Shown: positions 1-9,711 of the stretch, piece after piece
Position numbering within the stretch: the first letter of the stretch is position 1
Layout: the number at the start of each line of letters is the position of its first letter
Origin: Candidatus Omnitrophota bacterium
Lineage (GTDB): Bacteria > Omnitrophota > Gorgyraeia > B26-G9
NCBI GenBank assembly: GCA_043814605.1
Contig: JBDRJV010000007.1
Location: 195,354-259,353, forward strand
Direction: 5' to 3'
DNA: 64,000 bases
Notes under the pieces: generated by a model
Told to the model about the DNA's origin: nothing
Seen by the model: only the letters and a program-made list of their open reading frames with translations
Databases searched by the model: none
Made by a program: the position numbers and the translations under genes

Positions 1-249
1 CAGGCGCAAGAAGCAGGTTTAAACGTAATTAATGTAAAACCGCTTTTAGAAAAAGACGAAGATTTATATAGACGCTTTAATTTTAAGTTAGAAACTGAAG
101 GGGAATTAAAAAATTTTGGAAAATTTCTCTATAAATTAGATGATTCATCCTATTTGTTTACAATTAAATATGCGCAAATTAATGCGCAGGAACAGGATCA
201 ACCTTTAAAATTTCAATTTCTTTTATCGGTGGCAATTCCTAAGGGCTAA
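1..249 (+). CDS. 3' end of PilO/GspM-like pilus/T2SS assembly protein (partial)
   Basis: Frame +1 is open from base 1 (QAQEAGLNVINVKP...FKLETEGELKNFGKFLYKLD...) to TAA at 247-249. PilO-like pattern, upstream of a GspC-like gene and a secretin. Confidence 0.6.
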   Translation, partial: QAQEAGLNVINVKPLLEKDEDLYRRFNFKLETEGELKNFGKFLYKLDDSSYLFTIKYAQINAQEQDQPLKFQFLLSVAIPKG

Positions 250-263
250 AGAATGGCAAAGCG

Positions 264-752
264 ATGAGCATAAGCGATCAAACATTAAAAGCTACGGATA
301 TTATAAATCTGATATTCGGAGTGATTGCAGGTATATGCCTGATTATTTTATTCTCTTTTATGTTTTCCGGAACAAAGAATTTAGATATTCTTCAAAACAG
401 CCAGAATAAAAAGGTAGGTGTAAATTTAGAGCTTAAATCTTTTAAGAAACCAATACAATATTATGAACGAATTTTAAGCCGCAGAAGGTTATTTTTAGGG
501 CAGGGATTATCCGAAACGAATAAACCTGCAAGTATTAATACAGAACAATTTAATTTACGTTTTTCTGATTTACAGTTATTAGGGGTTGTTTCCGGGGCAA
601 AAGGACCGCAAGCCATAATTAATGATGCAAAAACCGACCAGTCATACTATTGTTCTGGCAATGAAGAAGTCGGTGGTTTTTATGTTAAAGAAGTGCTTCC
701 GAATAAGGTAATTTTAGAATTAAACGGTGAAAAATTGGAATTAAGATTATGA
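264..752 (+). CDS. GspC/PilP-like T2SS/T4P protein
   Basis: N-terminal TM helix; C-terminal LxGVV..GPQAII...VGGFYVKEV..NKVILE.NG HR-type domain; directly upstream of the secretin. Confidence 0.65.
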   Translation: MSISDQTLKATDIINLIFGVIAGICLIILFSFMFSGTKNLDILQNSQNKKVGVNLELKSFKKPIQYYERILSRRRLFLGQGLSETNKPASINTEQFNLRFSDLQLLGVVSGAKGPQAIINDAKTDQSYYCSGNEEVGGFYVKEVLPNKVILELNGEKLELRL

Positions 753-2374
753 AAAAAATAGATTTTAAAATTTTTAAAATTTTCAAAATAAGTAATGTGA
801 TTGATTACGCAATCCTGTGCATTTTGACTTTTATTTTTATGAATTTATTGTGTCTTGGGGGATTAGATCGTGTTTCGGCGCAGGAACAAGCAGAAAGTGC
901 TAATATCCAAATTAAGCAAAAAATGTTGGGTGATGAAACTGGGGAAAAAAAATTACTGATTGATCTGGATGTAAAAAATATGAGTATTATTGATGTGCTT
1001 AGATTACTTGCCGAACAGGGGCAGGTAAATATTGTGGCCAGCCGTAATGTGCAGGGCAGAGTAAGTGCTAAACTACAGGATGTGACCATAGAACAGGCGT
1101 TAGATGCAATTTTAGAAGCGAATAATTTTATTTTTAAACAGGAAAAAGGAATAATTAAAGTAATTACCCAACAAGATGCTTTGCAGCAAGAACAAACAGA
1201 AAAATTAATCAGCCGGGTTTTTTTCTTGAATAATGTAAAAGCTGCGGATTTAAAGCAGGTTTTAAATTCATTGAAATCTCCTCGTGGCCGCGTGGAAATT
1301 AACACAATTTCAAATCAAATTATTATTACGGATACTGTAGATAAAATTAAGGAGGTTGAGGATTCAATATTGGTTTTAGACCGTAAATTAGTTACGCAAA
1401 TTTATAATTTGAATTATGCACAGGCTAAAGAGATGCAAGTAAAAATTTTAGAAATAATTCCCAAGCAGGAAGGCGAAGTTTTTGTGGATGAGCGAACGAA
1501 TAGTTTAGTGGTCAGGGCTATTCCGGAAACAATTGACAAAATTGATATGCTGGTTAAAAATTGGGATAAGCGTTCGCAGCAGGTTTTAATTGAAGCCAAG
1601 ATTATGGAGATATCTTTGGATAAGTCTTCGGGATTAGGGGTTAATTGGGAATATTTGAGCACTACCGGAGAAGATGCTGTGTCTGTTAGCGGAAGTTTAC
1701 CGGCAAGTATTGCCACCGGAGGCACGTTAAGGGTTGGTACATTATCTAAGGATCAGTATCAGGTAACATTGCAGGCATTGGAAAGTTCAACTGATACAAA
1801 TATTTTATCAAATCCGCGGATTGTAGTTTTAAATAATAATGAAGCAAATATTTTAGTGGGAAGTTCAGAACCCTATTTAGTGACTTATATTGATAAAGAG
1901 ACAAGTACGCAAACTGAGGAGACGAAGTTTATTGATGTGGGCATTAAATTGAATGTTTTGCCGCGGATTAGTGATGATGATTTTATTACTTTAAAAATTC
2001 ACCCAGAAGTAAGTTCCGCCCGTCGTGTGGCGGAAGTTAATAATTCTTTAGCGGTAGATACAACTCAGGCCGATACAACCGTGGTTGTTAAAGATGGTAA
2101 AACTATTGTTTTGGGAGGGTTGATAAAAGACACAGAATCTTTAGTGGAAAGTAAAATTCCTGTGCTCGGGAACATCCCTTTATTGGGAGTATTTTTTCGC
2201 AGCCGAGCGCGTAGTGATGTAAAAAAGGAAATAGTTGTATTTATCACGCCGCATATTATAAAGCAAGATTTTTTTATGGAAGATTATAAAAAAAGAGAAG
2301 ATGCAATGGAGGAAGCTGTTAATAGTGCTTTAAACAAATGGAAAAAATGGGAGGAAATTAATGCTCCGAAGTAA
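749..2374 (+). CDS. Secretin (GspD/PilQ family)
   Basis: STN and N domains, QVLIEAKIME, LSNPRIVVLNN, GKTIVLGGLI, KIPVLGNIPLLGVFFRS and IVVFITPHII motifs. Confidence 0.95.
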   Translation: MKKIDFKIFKIFKISNVIDYAILCILTFIFMNLLCLGGLDRVSAQEQAESANIQIKQKMLGDETGEKKLLIDLDVKNMSIIDVLRLLAEQGQVNIVASRNVQGRVSAKLQDVTIEQALDAILEANNFIFKQEKGIIKVITQQDALQQEQTEKLISRVFFLNNVKAADLKQVLNSLKSPRGRVEINTISNQIIITDTVDKIKEVEDSILVLDRKLVTQIYNLNYAQAKEMQVKILEIIPKQEGEVFVDERTNSLVVRAIPETIDKIDMLVKNWDKRSQQVLIEAKIMEISLDKSSGLGVNWEYLSTTGEDAVSVSGSLPASIATGGTLRVGTLSKDQYQVTLQALESSTDTNILSNPRIVVLNNNEANILVGSSEPYLVTYIDKETSTQTEETKFIDVGIKLNVLPRISDDDFITLKIHPEVSSARRVAEVNNSLAVDTTQADTTVVVKDGKTIVLGGLIKDTESLVESKIPVLGNIPLLGVFFRSRARSDVKKEIVVFITPHIIKQDFFMEDYKKREDAMEEAVNSALNKWKKWEEINAPK

Positions 2375-4901
2375 AGGCGCCTTTCTTTTTTTTTGTTTTT
2401 CTTTAATTTTAATAATAAATATTTTTTTTGCGGGTATTGTTTTTGCGCAGGATGACTTAACGCCAGGTTGTTTTTTAAAGGTTTCTCAAAATTTAATCAG
2501 TGCCCAAATTAAAGATGTTTTAATCACAAAGGTTAACGGGTATGATCGCATTACGATTACCGGTTTAACCAATAGTGCGGCTGCCGGAAAACCGCGGTTA
2601 CCCGTTAAAACGGTTAAATATTTAGTCCCAGCTTCAATGCAGGTAAAAAATATTAGTGTGGCCTGGACAACTAAACAAACAGTTCCCGGTAGTTATCAAA
2701 TTGAGCCAGCGCAAGCTGTATATCCTTTGAGTTATAAAGGGATTATTAAGCCTACCTTGCCGGATGTAACGGTTTACAACTCCTTTTCATCTTATCCTGG
2801 TAAAATTTATGAAATTGTATCTGTTCAAAAATTCAGGGGTTATGAAATTCTAATTATTAATTTATATCCGGTTGAATATATTCCAGCCTTAGGTGCAATT
2901 TCCTATTATAAAAATCTAAACCTGAATGTAGAGCTTGAATCCGGAGTTGATGCTGATTTAATTCCTCTTTTTAGAGCTGCTCGTAAGGATCTTGAGGCAG
3001 TACAAAAAATTGTGGATAATCCTGGGCAAAGTAATACTTATCCGTTAAGTACAAAAAAACCATTAGCTCCGGGTGATGATGTGGATCTTTTGATTATTAC
3101 CAGCCCTGATTTTAAAGCTTATAGCGGAACGAATAGTTTAAGTGTTTTAGAAACGCACAAAGAATCATTAGGGGTGCAGACAAAGATTATTGATACAGCA
3201 TGGATTTATACAAACTATGCGGGAGCGGATAATCAGACTCGGATTCGTAATTGTATTAGTGATTACTATACTAACAGTGGAATAGAATACGTTCTTTTAG
3301 CCGGAGATAGTGATGGTAATTTTACAGATACAGTTGCGAGTGATGAAAGACAAGCTTATAATGATTCTAACCGTATTCCGCACCGGGGTTTTTATGCTGC
3401 ATATTCTACAGAGCTTGATTTAAATATTCCGGCAGATATGTATTATGGCTGTCTTGACGGAGACTTTAATTATAATGGGAATACGGTTTACGGAGAAACT
3501 AGTGATGGGCCTGGCGGGGGAGATGTGGATTTAATTGCCGAAGTTTATGTAGGCCGGGCTCCGGTTGATTCCACAACGGAGTTAGCCAATTTTGTCAAGA
3601 AAACTATTGCGTATGAAAATGCAACGGGCGCTTATTTAAATTCTGCTTGTTTTGTGGGAGAGTTTCTCTACGATATTTATAACACTTATGGTAAAAGTTA
3701 TATGGAAGAATTAAAAAATGGTTCTAGTGCTAATGGATATAGTACAGTAGGTATTAATGGCAGCGGATATTTTTCTTTTAATTCTCTCTACGATCAGGAT
3801 AGATCCTGGGATAAGGCAGAATTATCGGCGATTATTAATAATGGTGTGCATGTGATTAATCAAGTAGGGCATGCGACAAATACCTCTTTTGCGGCGTATA
3901 AAGGTTTTGCAAACTATGATGTTGATGTTTTAACAAATACGGATTATTTTTTTGGTTTTACGCAAGGATGTTATTCTGGGGCATTTGATAATCGTAATAG
4001 TAATTTAAATTATGAATCCGATGATTGTGTTTTAGAGCATTTTGTTAGCGAGCCGGCCGGTGCTTTTGCGTTTATTGGTAATTCCCGTTACGGCTGGTAT
4101 GAGCCGGGCGGTACAGATGGGCCTTCGCAGCTTTACCAGCGAGAATTCTGGGATGCAGTGTTTAAAGAGGGTTTTAAAAATATTGGCCGGGCCTTGGCTG
4201 ATGCCAAGGAAGATAATATTGGAGTGATTAATGCCAACGGAGCAAATCGTTGGAGTTATTTTGAAACTAATCTTTTGGGTGATCCCCAAACCCCTTTAAA
4301 CATAGAGGTTTTATCACCGCGAAATTTTACTGCTTCGAATATCAATTTTTCTAATTCTAGCTGGGTAAGTTTAACCTGGCAAAATCCGCAAAAGTCAGAT
4401 TTTTCACAGATAATGATCCGCTATCGTACAGATGGTGTTTATCCGGCGAATTCTACAGACGGTACTTTGCTCTGCTCTAAAGCTGCAACTGCGGGTGTAT
4501 TGGATAGTTTTAATCATCAAGCTATTAGTGCTAATACAACCTATAATTATGCAGGATTTGGTTATAATGGCATTATTTATGAAGGCAATGGTTCGGCGAA
4601 TAATCGGGCTAATTTAACCACGGTAGGTGCAGGTAGTGATGATTCCTCTCGCAGTAATTGTTTTGTAGCTACAGCGTGTTATGGGGATGAAAATGCTCCG
4701 GATGTGATTACTCTAAAAAATTTTAGGGATAATTTTTTAATAAAATTTTATGCAGGAAAAAAAATTATTAGTGCTTATTATTTGTTCGGACCGTATTTAG
4801 CTGATTTTATCCGGGAGAAGCAAGGGATTAAAAAATCGGTTAGCTTGTGCCTTAAACCTGTAGTTTTTGTTAGTAATCTTTTGATAGGAGGATGCCAATA
4901 A
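2361..4901 (+). CDS. C25 (gingipain-family) cysteine peptidase with propeptide, FN3-like domain and CFI-box-CTERM-type C-terminus
   Basis: Signal peptide; propeptide (GKPRLPV); YVLLAGD, DMYY, EVYVGR, catalytic NQVGH and QGC, NLLGDP; C-terminal CFVATACYG...LKNFRD...YY..GP.LA. Confidence 0.88.
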   Translation: MLRSKGAFLFFCFSLILIINIFFAGIVFAQDDLTPGCFLKVSQNLISAQIKDVLITKVNGYDRITITGLTNSAAAGKPRLPVKTVKYLVPASMQVKNISVAWTTKQTVPGSYQIEPAQAVYPLSYKGIIKPTLPDVTVYNSFSSYPGKIYEIVSVQKFRGYEILIINLYPVEYIPALGAISYYKNLNLNVELESGVDADLIPLFRAARKDLEAVQKIVDNPGQSNTYPLSTKKPLAPGDDVDLLIITSPDFKAYSGTNSLSVLETHKESLGVQTKIIDTAWIYTNYAGADNQTRIRNCISDYYTNSGIEYVLLAGDSDGNFTDTVASDERQAYNDSNRIPHRGFYAAYSTELDLNIPADMYYGCLDGDFNYNGNTVYGETSDGPGGGDVDLIAEVYVGRAPVDSTTELANFVKKTIAYENATGAYLNSACFVGEFLYDIYNTYGKSYMEELKNGSSANGYSTVGINGSGYFSFNSLYDQDRSWDKAELSAIINNGVHVINQVGHATNTSFAAYKGFANYDVDVLTNTDYFFGFTQGCYSGAFDNRNSNLNYESDDCVLEHFVSEPAGAFAFIGNSRYGWYEPGGTDGPSQLYQREFWDAVFKEGFKNIGRALADAKEDNIGVINANGANRWSYFETNLLGDPQTPLNIEVLSPRNFTASNINFSNSSWVSLTWQNPQKSDFSQIMIRYRTDGVYPANSTDGTLLCSKAATAGVLDSFNHQAISANTTYNYAGFGYNGIIYEGNGSANNRANLTTVGAGSDDSSRSNCFVATACYGDENAPDVITLKNFRDNFLIKFYAGKKIISAYYLFGPYLADFIREKQGIKKSVSLCLKPVVFVSNLLIGGCQ

Positions 4902-5884
4902 TGAAGCAAGGTTGTTGGTTTTTTTATATTCGCTGTATGTTTAGTTTTTTTATAATTTTGTTTACATTTACAAGTTTTAGTTATGCTTCTGAAGGCGGTG
5001 CGCGCCCGACATCTATGGGTGGTGCGTATGTTGCGATTTCTGATGATGTACACGCAGCGAGTTGGAATCCAGCCGGTCTGGGTTGGCAGAGAGATCGGGA
5101 AATTTCTTATTCGGGAATAATAAATTGCCGGGATGATTATATCACGGGTGATTTTATTAGTGATGACTATCTAGCTTATGCGCAGCCAATCGAATTTGGC
5201 GTAAGCAATGATGTTAATCCGTACGGCGGAATTGGTTTTTATTTTCATAATAATAACTATAGTTCGAGTACAGTCAAAACTTCTTTATGGCAGCCGGGAA
5301 TTGCTTATGGCCGAAGATTTTCGTCGTATGAAAATATGGGATGGGGAATTGCTTTAAATTATTATATGTTTGATTCTCAAATTCCCGGGCAAACAACTGC
5401 AGATGAGGCAATTTCGTTTAACCTGGGATATTTATGGTATTTAAATAATCAGCTCACATTAGGTTTGCTTTGTGAAAATGTGAATGAGCCGACCTATACG
5501 GTTCATGGAATTACTAATCGGTTGATTCGAGTAATGCGTCCGGGAATGGCCTATTATTTTAGTGATAATACGCTGATGAGTTTTGATATTTATGATTTAA
5601 CCGGGAATACGAGTGGTCGAGGCGGCGATTACAGTCAAAATTTACGGCTGGGATTTGAGCATTATTTTACAGATGAAATTTCTGTGCGTTTAGGAGTACA
5701 TCATCCTAACTCTAAAGTTGATGCAAGTAAGTTTTACAGCCTAGGATTAGGGCTAATGCATGCGGATTTTTTGAGCCTTTATCCTGTAACTTATTATATA
5801 GACTACACTTTTATATATTGGCAGGATCCGGTGGCTGGCTTTGAGGATTACACCCACCAGCTGGGACTGATAATAAGGTTTTAA
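4892..5884 (+). CDS. PorV/PorQ-like (UPF0164/FadL-type) outer-membrane beta-barrel
   Basis: Signal peptide, GARPTSMGGAYVAISDD...WNPAGL N-terminal motif, alternating beta-strands, C-terminal Phe. True start may be ATG 4901, overlapping the upstream TAA. Confidence 0.8.
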   Translation: MPIMKQGCWFFYIRCMFSFFIILFTFTSFSYASEGGARPTSMGGAYVAISDDVHAASWNPAGLGWQRDREISYSGIINCRDDYITGDFISDDYLAYAQPIEFGVSNDVNPYGGIGFYFHNNNYSSSTVKTSLWQPGIAYGRRFSSYENMGWGIALNYYMFDSQIPGQTTADEAISFNLGYLWYLNNQLTLGLLCENVNEPTYTVHGITNRLIRVMRPGMAYYFSDNTLMSFDIYDLTGNTSGRGGDYSQNLRLGFEHYFTDEISVRLGVHHPNSKVDASKFYSLGLGLMHADFLSLYPVTYYIDYTFIYWQDPVAGFEDYTHQLGLIIRF

Positions 5885-5920
5885 TTTAATAAAGACTATA
5901 CGTATATTTTTGCTCTTTTC

Positions 5921-5949
5921 TTGACTTAACATTATACATATGATATACT
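5921..5949 (+). promoter_or_regulatory. sigma70-type promoter
   Basis: TTGACT-17 nt-TATACT. Confidence 0.7.
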
Positions 5950-6033
5950 TCAAGTAGAGGGTAATTTTTTTTACAAACTATCTAAATACTTTTATAATCT
6001 TATTAGTATGATCAAGTTAAAAGAGATAATGCC

Positions 6034-6243
6034 ATGAACGAAATAAAGTCAAATAATTTATTTATTCAACGCAGGTTTCAGGTTCAAAAAGAAATCGGAT
6101 CAAAAAATTTTAATTTGATCGGGTCTTTATACATTGCCTACTATTTTTATGTAAAAGAAGAATTATATGTATCTAAGTATGCGATTTGTGTTAAGATTAT
6201 AAAAACTGAAGCTCAAATTAAAGAATTACTTATGAAACAATAA
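6034..6243 (+). CDS. Small hypothetical protein (69 aa)
   Basis: Only tracked ORF between a consensus promoter and an intrinsic terminator; no recognisable motif; weak RBS. Confidence 0.35.
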   Translation: MNEIKSNNLFIQRRFQVQKEIGSKNFNLIGSLYIAYYFYVKEELYVSKYAICVKIIKTEAQIKELLMKQ

Positions 6244-6266
6244 ATTTTTATTTAAACAATTATTAA

Positions 6267-6297
6267 TAAAGCTCCTCTAATTGAGGAGCTTTTTTAT
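6267..6297 (+). terminator. Intrinsic terminator
   Basis: AAAGCTCCTC-taatt-GAGGAGCTTT followed by further T residues. Confidence 0.8.
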
Positions 6298-6326
6298 TTG
6301 ACATTATTGCCTAAATCTAGTAAAAT
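6298..6326 (+). promoter_or_regulatory. sigma70-type promoter for M16 peptidase-rpe-pgm-lepA operon
   Basis: TTGACA-17 nt-TAAAAT. Confidence 0.7.
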
Positions 6327-6377
6327 TAATAAATTAAGTAATTTTTTTTAAAAATTCATGCCTATTTTGTTAAAACC

Positions 6378-7682
6378 ATGTATAAAATCAGTAAACTTGA
6401 AAATGATGTACGGATTGCAACATATTTAATGCCAAAAATGCAGACTGCGGCAATTGGAGTATGGGTCTATGTAGGAGGCCGGGATGAATTAAAGGAAAAA
6501 AACGGCATTTCCCATTTTATTGAACATTTGGCTTTTAAGGGGACAAACAAGCGCTCAATGCTTCAAATTAAAGCCGCGGTTGAAGGAATAGGCGGCGTAC
6601 TTAATGCATTTACTACGGAAGAACTAACGTGCTATTTGGCTAAAGTTTCGGGAAAGCATGCTGAGCAAACGACAGAAGTTCTTTTGGATTTAGTCTTAAA
6701 TTGCCAGTGTAAAAATAAAGATATTAAAAAGGAAAGAAATGTTATTTTTGAAGAAATAAAAATGTATTCGGATTTACCGCAGCATTTGGCATTTGATAAA
6801 TTATTAAAGCTGCTTTGGCCGGATCATGCTTTAGGCCGGAATTTAACGGGAAGTTTTCAAACTTTGAATAATTTAACACGTAAAGATATCATCCGGTTTA
6901 AAGGACATTACTACAGAGCAGAGAATATGTTAATTACTGCCTGCGGCTGCTTAAATCATGTGAAAGTTGTAAAAGTTATAAATAAATTTTTTGCTAGTAA
7001 TCCGGAGCTAAATAAAAATAGAAATGAAGGAAATGAGAAGTTTATAAAAAATATTATTAAAGTAAAAGAGTCACAAAAAAAAGCACAGTTGCAAATTTTC
7101 CGTAAAGATACTCAGCAAACCCATCTTTGTTTTGGCCTGCGTGCTTTAAAAAAAAATGATCCGCGTGAATATGTACTCACATTAATGCATATAATTTTGG
7201 GGGCAAATATGTCGAGTCGGTTATTTAATGAATTACGGGAAAAAAAAGGTTATGCTTACGATATTGGTACGGGTATTAAAAAATTTTCTGATACCGGAGC
7301 TTTTTTTATTCATGCCGGTGTTGTGAATAAATACGCGGAGCGTGTTTGTGAAATCATTTTGAAACAGTTGACTAAATTAAAAAACGTTCTGGTCCCAGGG
7401 GAAGAGCTGCAAAGAGCTAAGGAATTTTATTTTGGACAAATGTTAATGACATTGGAAGATCCGCTGGAGCGGATGGTTTGGCAGGGTGAAAATATTTTAA
7501 AAACCGGTAAAGCAAAAACAACCCGGGAAATAATTAACAAGGCTAAAAAAGTTAGCGCAGCGGAAATACGTAAATTAGCAAAATCAATCTTTATTAATGA
7601 TGCGTTGAATTTATCGATTGTCGGTCCGGTAAAAAATAGTCAATCTCAACGCATTAATGAACTTTTGAAAGGATTTAATTAA
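6378..7682 (+). CDS. M16 family (pitrilysin-like) zinc peptidase
   Basis: HFIEH inverted zinc motif, NAFT, SSRLF..LRE..G.AY. Confidence 0.92.
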   Translation: MYKISKLENDVRIATYLMPKMQTAAIGVWVYVGGRDELKEKNGISHFIEHLAFKGTNKRSMLQIKAAVEGIGGVLNAFTTEELTCYLAKVSGKHAEQTTEVLLDLVLNCQCKNKDIKKERNVIFEEIKMYSDLPQHLAFDKLLKLLWPDHALGRNLTGSFQTLNNLTRKDIIRFKGHYYRAENMLITACGCLNHVKVVKVINKFFASNPELNKNRNEGNEKFIKNIIKVKESQKKAQLQIFRKDTQQTHLCFGLRALKKNDPREYVLTLMHIILGANMSSRLFNELREKKGYAYDIGTGIKKFSDTGAFFIHAGVVNKYAERVCEIILKQLTKLKNVLVPGEELQRAKEFYFGQMLMTLEDPLERMVWQGENILKTGKAKTTREIINKAKKVSAAEIRKLAKSIFINDALNLSIVGPVKNSQSQRINELLKGFN

Positions 7683-7684
7683 TC

Positions 7685-8335
7685 ATGAAGAGACCTTTAA
7701 TTGCTCCGTCAATCTTATCGGCTGATTTTTGCTGCTTGGCAGCAGAAGTAAAGAGTGTAGAAAAAATTGGAGTGGACATGCTCCATGTTGATGTTATGGA
7801 TGGCCATTATGTGCCGAATATTACCATCGGGCCCGCAGTTGTGGCGGCTTTGAAAAAAAGAACAAAAGTTCCTTTAGATGTACATTTGATGATTGAAAAT
7901 CCATTATTTTTTTTAGACGATTTTATGAAAGCAGGTAGTTCCATAATCACTATACATATTGAGGCTTGCTCTTTAAATACAATAAAAAAAATCAGTCAAA
8001 AACTCAAAAAAGCAAAAATTAAAATGGGAATTAGCCTGAATCCTGAAACTCCGTTAAAAAAGATTAAAAAAACCCTTAGCTATGCGGATTTAATTTTAGT
8101 AATGAGTGTTAACCCTGGATTTGGCGGACAGTCGTTTATGCCGGTTGTGTTAGCTAAAATTAAAGCGTTACGGAAAATATTCAAGGGAGATATTGAGGTT
8201 GACGGCGGGATTACAGAAAAAACTGCAAAGCTTGTTTGCGCCTGCGGTGCGAATATTCTTGTTGCGGGTTCGTATATTTTTAATGCTAAAAATAGAAAAG
8301 CGGCAATAAATAGGTTAAAAAAATGCAAGCAATAA
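7685..8335 (+). CDS. rpe: Ribulose-phosphate 3-epimerase
   Basis: IAPSILSADF, HVDVMDGH, DVHLM, MSVNPGFGGQ, VDGG. Confidence 0.97.
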   Translation: MKRPLIAPSILSADFCCLAAEVKSVEKIGVDMLHVDVMDGHYVPNITIGPAVVAALKKRTKVPLDVHLMIENPLFFLDDFMKAGSSIITIHIEACSLNTIKKISQKLKKAKIKMGISLNPETPLKKIKKTLSYADLILVMSVNPGFGGQSFMPVVLAKIKALRKIFKGDIEVDGGITEKTAKLVCACGANILVAGSYIFNAKNRKAAINRLKKCKQ

Positions 8336-9699
8336 AATTTGGTACAGACGGATTTAGAGGCATTATTGCGGATAATTTTACTTTTGAAAATGTAGAAAAA
8401 ATTGCTACGGCATTTGGACTTTATTTGCTCCAATGCAGAAACCCTAAGCTAATAAGGGGTGTGCTTATTGGCTATGACCGGCGTTTTTTATCTCAGGAGT
8501 TTGCCCAGGCTTTTGCGGATATTTTAGTGAATTTAGGTATCAATGTTCTACTAAGTGAAGAACCGGTGCCTACGCCTGCGGTAAGTTATTTTATCCGGAA
8601 AAATAAATTATTCTGCGGTGTAGTCATCACGGCCAGCCATAACCCGGCAAGTTTTAACGGTGTTAAAATTAAGAATGAATTCGGCGCATCAGTAGAGAGT
8701 AATGTTACTAAAGAAATAGAAAGAATAATAAGCAAAAATATAAATCCTAATTTTAAAGTAAAAATTTGTGGCAAAATAAAAAAAGTTAGAATTACAGATG
8801 ATTATGTCAGTTTTATAAAACGATATTTAAATATACCATTATTGAAAAAATTTCGGTATAAAATTGTAGTCGATAATATGCACGGAGTTGGAGCAGGTAT
8901 TATTGAAAAAATATTAAAAGATACTCCGATTAAAATTGAGAGCATTAGGAATTACAGAGATGTTCTTTTCGGCAGTGTGAACCCTGAGCCGATCGAGAAA
9001 AATTTAGGATTTTTACACAAGTTTATAAAAACCCATAAGTGTGATTTGGCTATTGCCTTAGACGGAGATGCAGACAGAATTGGCGCAATGAGCGCAAGCG
9101 GTCATTTTATTAGTTCGCATCAAGCAATTTGTTTATTATTACTGCATTTGATTGAAAATAAAAAATTCACCGGCAAAGTAGTAAAAAGTATTAATACAAC
9201 AACTATGGTTGATAAAATTACACGGTTTTACGGATTAGAACAAGAAGAGGTTCCAGTAGGATTTAAGTATATTGCGATAAAAATGTTAAAAGAAAATGTT
9301 TTGCTGGGAGGGGAAGAGTCCGGTGGAATTGGATTTAAAAATTATATGCCGGAGCGCGATGGGGTTCTTTCGGGGTTATTACTGCTAGAATTAATGGCGT
9401 ATAAAAGAAAATCAATAATTCAGATAATACGTGAAATGGAAAAAAAATTCGGCCGGTTTGTATATTTACGGCGCGATTTAAAAATTAATACGGTAAAAAA
9501 AATAAAACACCCTAAATTAATAAACGGTAAAAAGGTAGTTGAAATTAAAACTTATGATGGAACAAAGTTTATTTTGAATGATGAAAGCTGGCTTTTAATC
9601 CGTGCTTCCGGCACAGAGCCAATTGTCAGAATCTATGCAGAATCAGGGAATCTAATCAGCACAAAACAATTAATTAATTTTGGCGGTAATTTATTATAA
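8323..9699 (+). CDS. Phosphoglucomutase/phosphomannomutase family protein
   Basis: FGTDGFRG, TASHNP, DGDADR, GGEESGG, RASGTEP. Confidence 0.95.
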   Translation: MQAIKFGTDGFRGIIADNFTFENVEKIATAFGLYLLQCRNPKLIRGVLIGYDRRFLSQEFAQAFADILVNLGINVLLSEEPVPTPAVSYFIRKNKLFCGVVITASHNPASFNGVKIKNEFGASVESNVTKEIERIISKNINPNFKVKICGKIKKVRITDDYVSFIKRYLNIPLLKKFRYKIVVDNMHGVGAGIIEKILKDTPIKIESIRNYRDVLFGSVNPEPIEKNLGFLHKFIKTHKCDLAIALDGDADRIGAMSASGHFISSHQAICLLLLHLIENKKFTGKVVKSINTTTMVDKITRFYGLEQEEVPVGFKYIAIKMLKENVLLGGEESGGIGFKNYMPERDGVLSGLLLLELMAYKRKSIIQIIREMEKKFGRFVYLRRDLKINTVKKIKHPKLINGKKVVEIKTYDGTKFILNDESWLLIRASGTEPIVRIYAESGNLISTKQLINFGGNLL

Positions 9700-9711
9700 A
9701 ATTTTAAGGAT

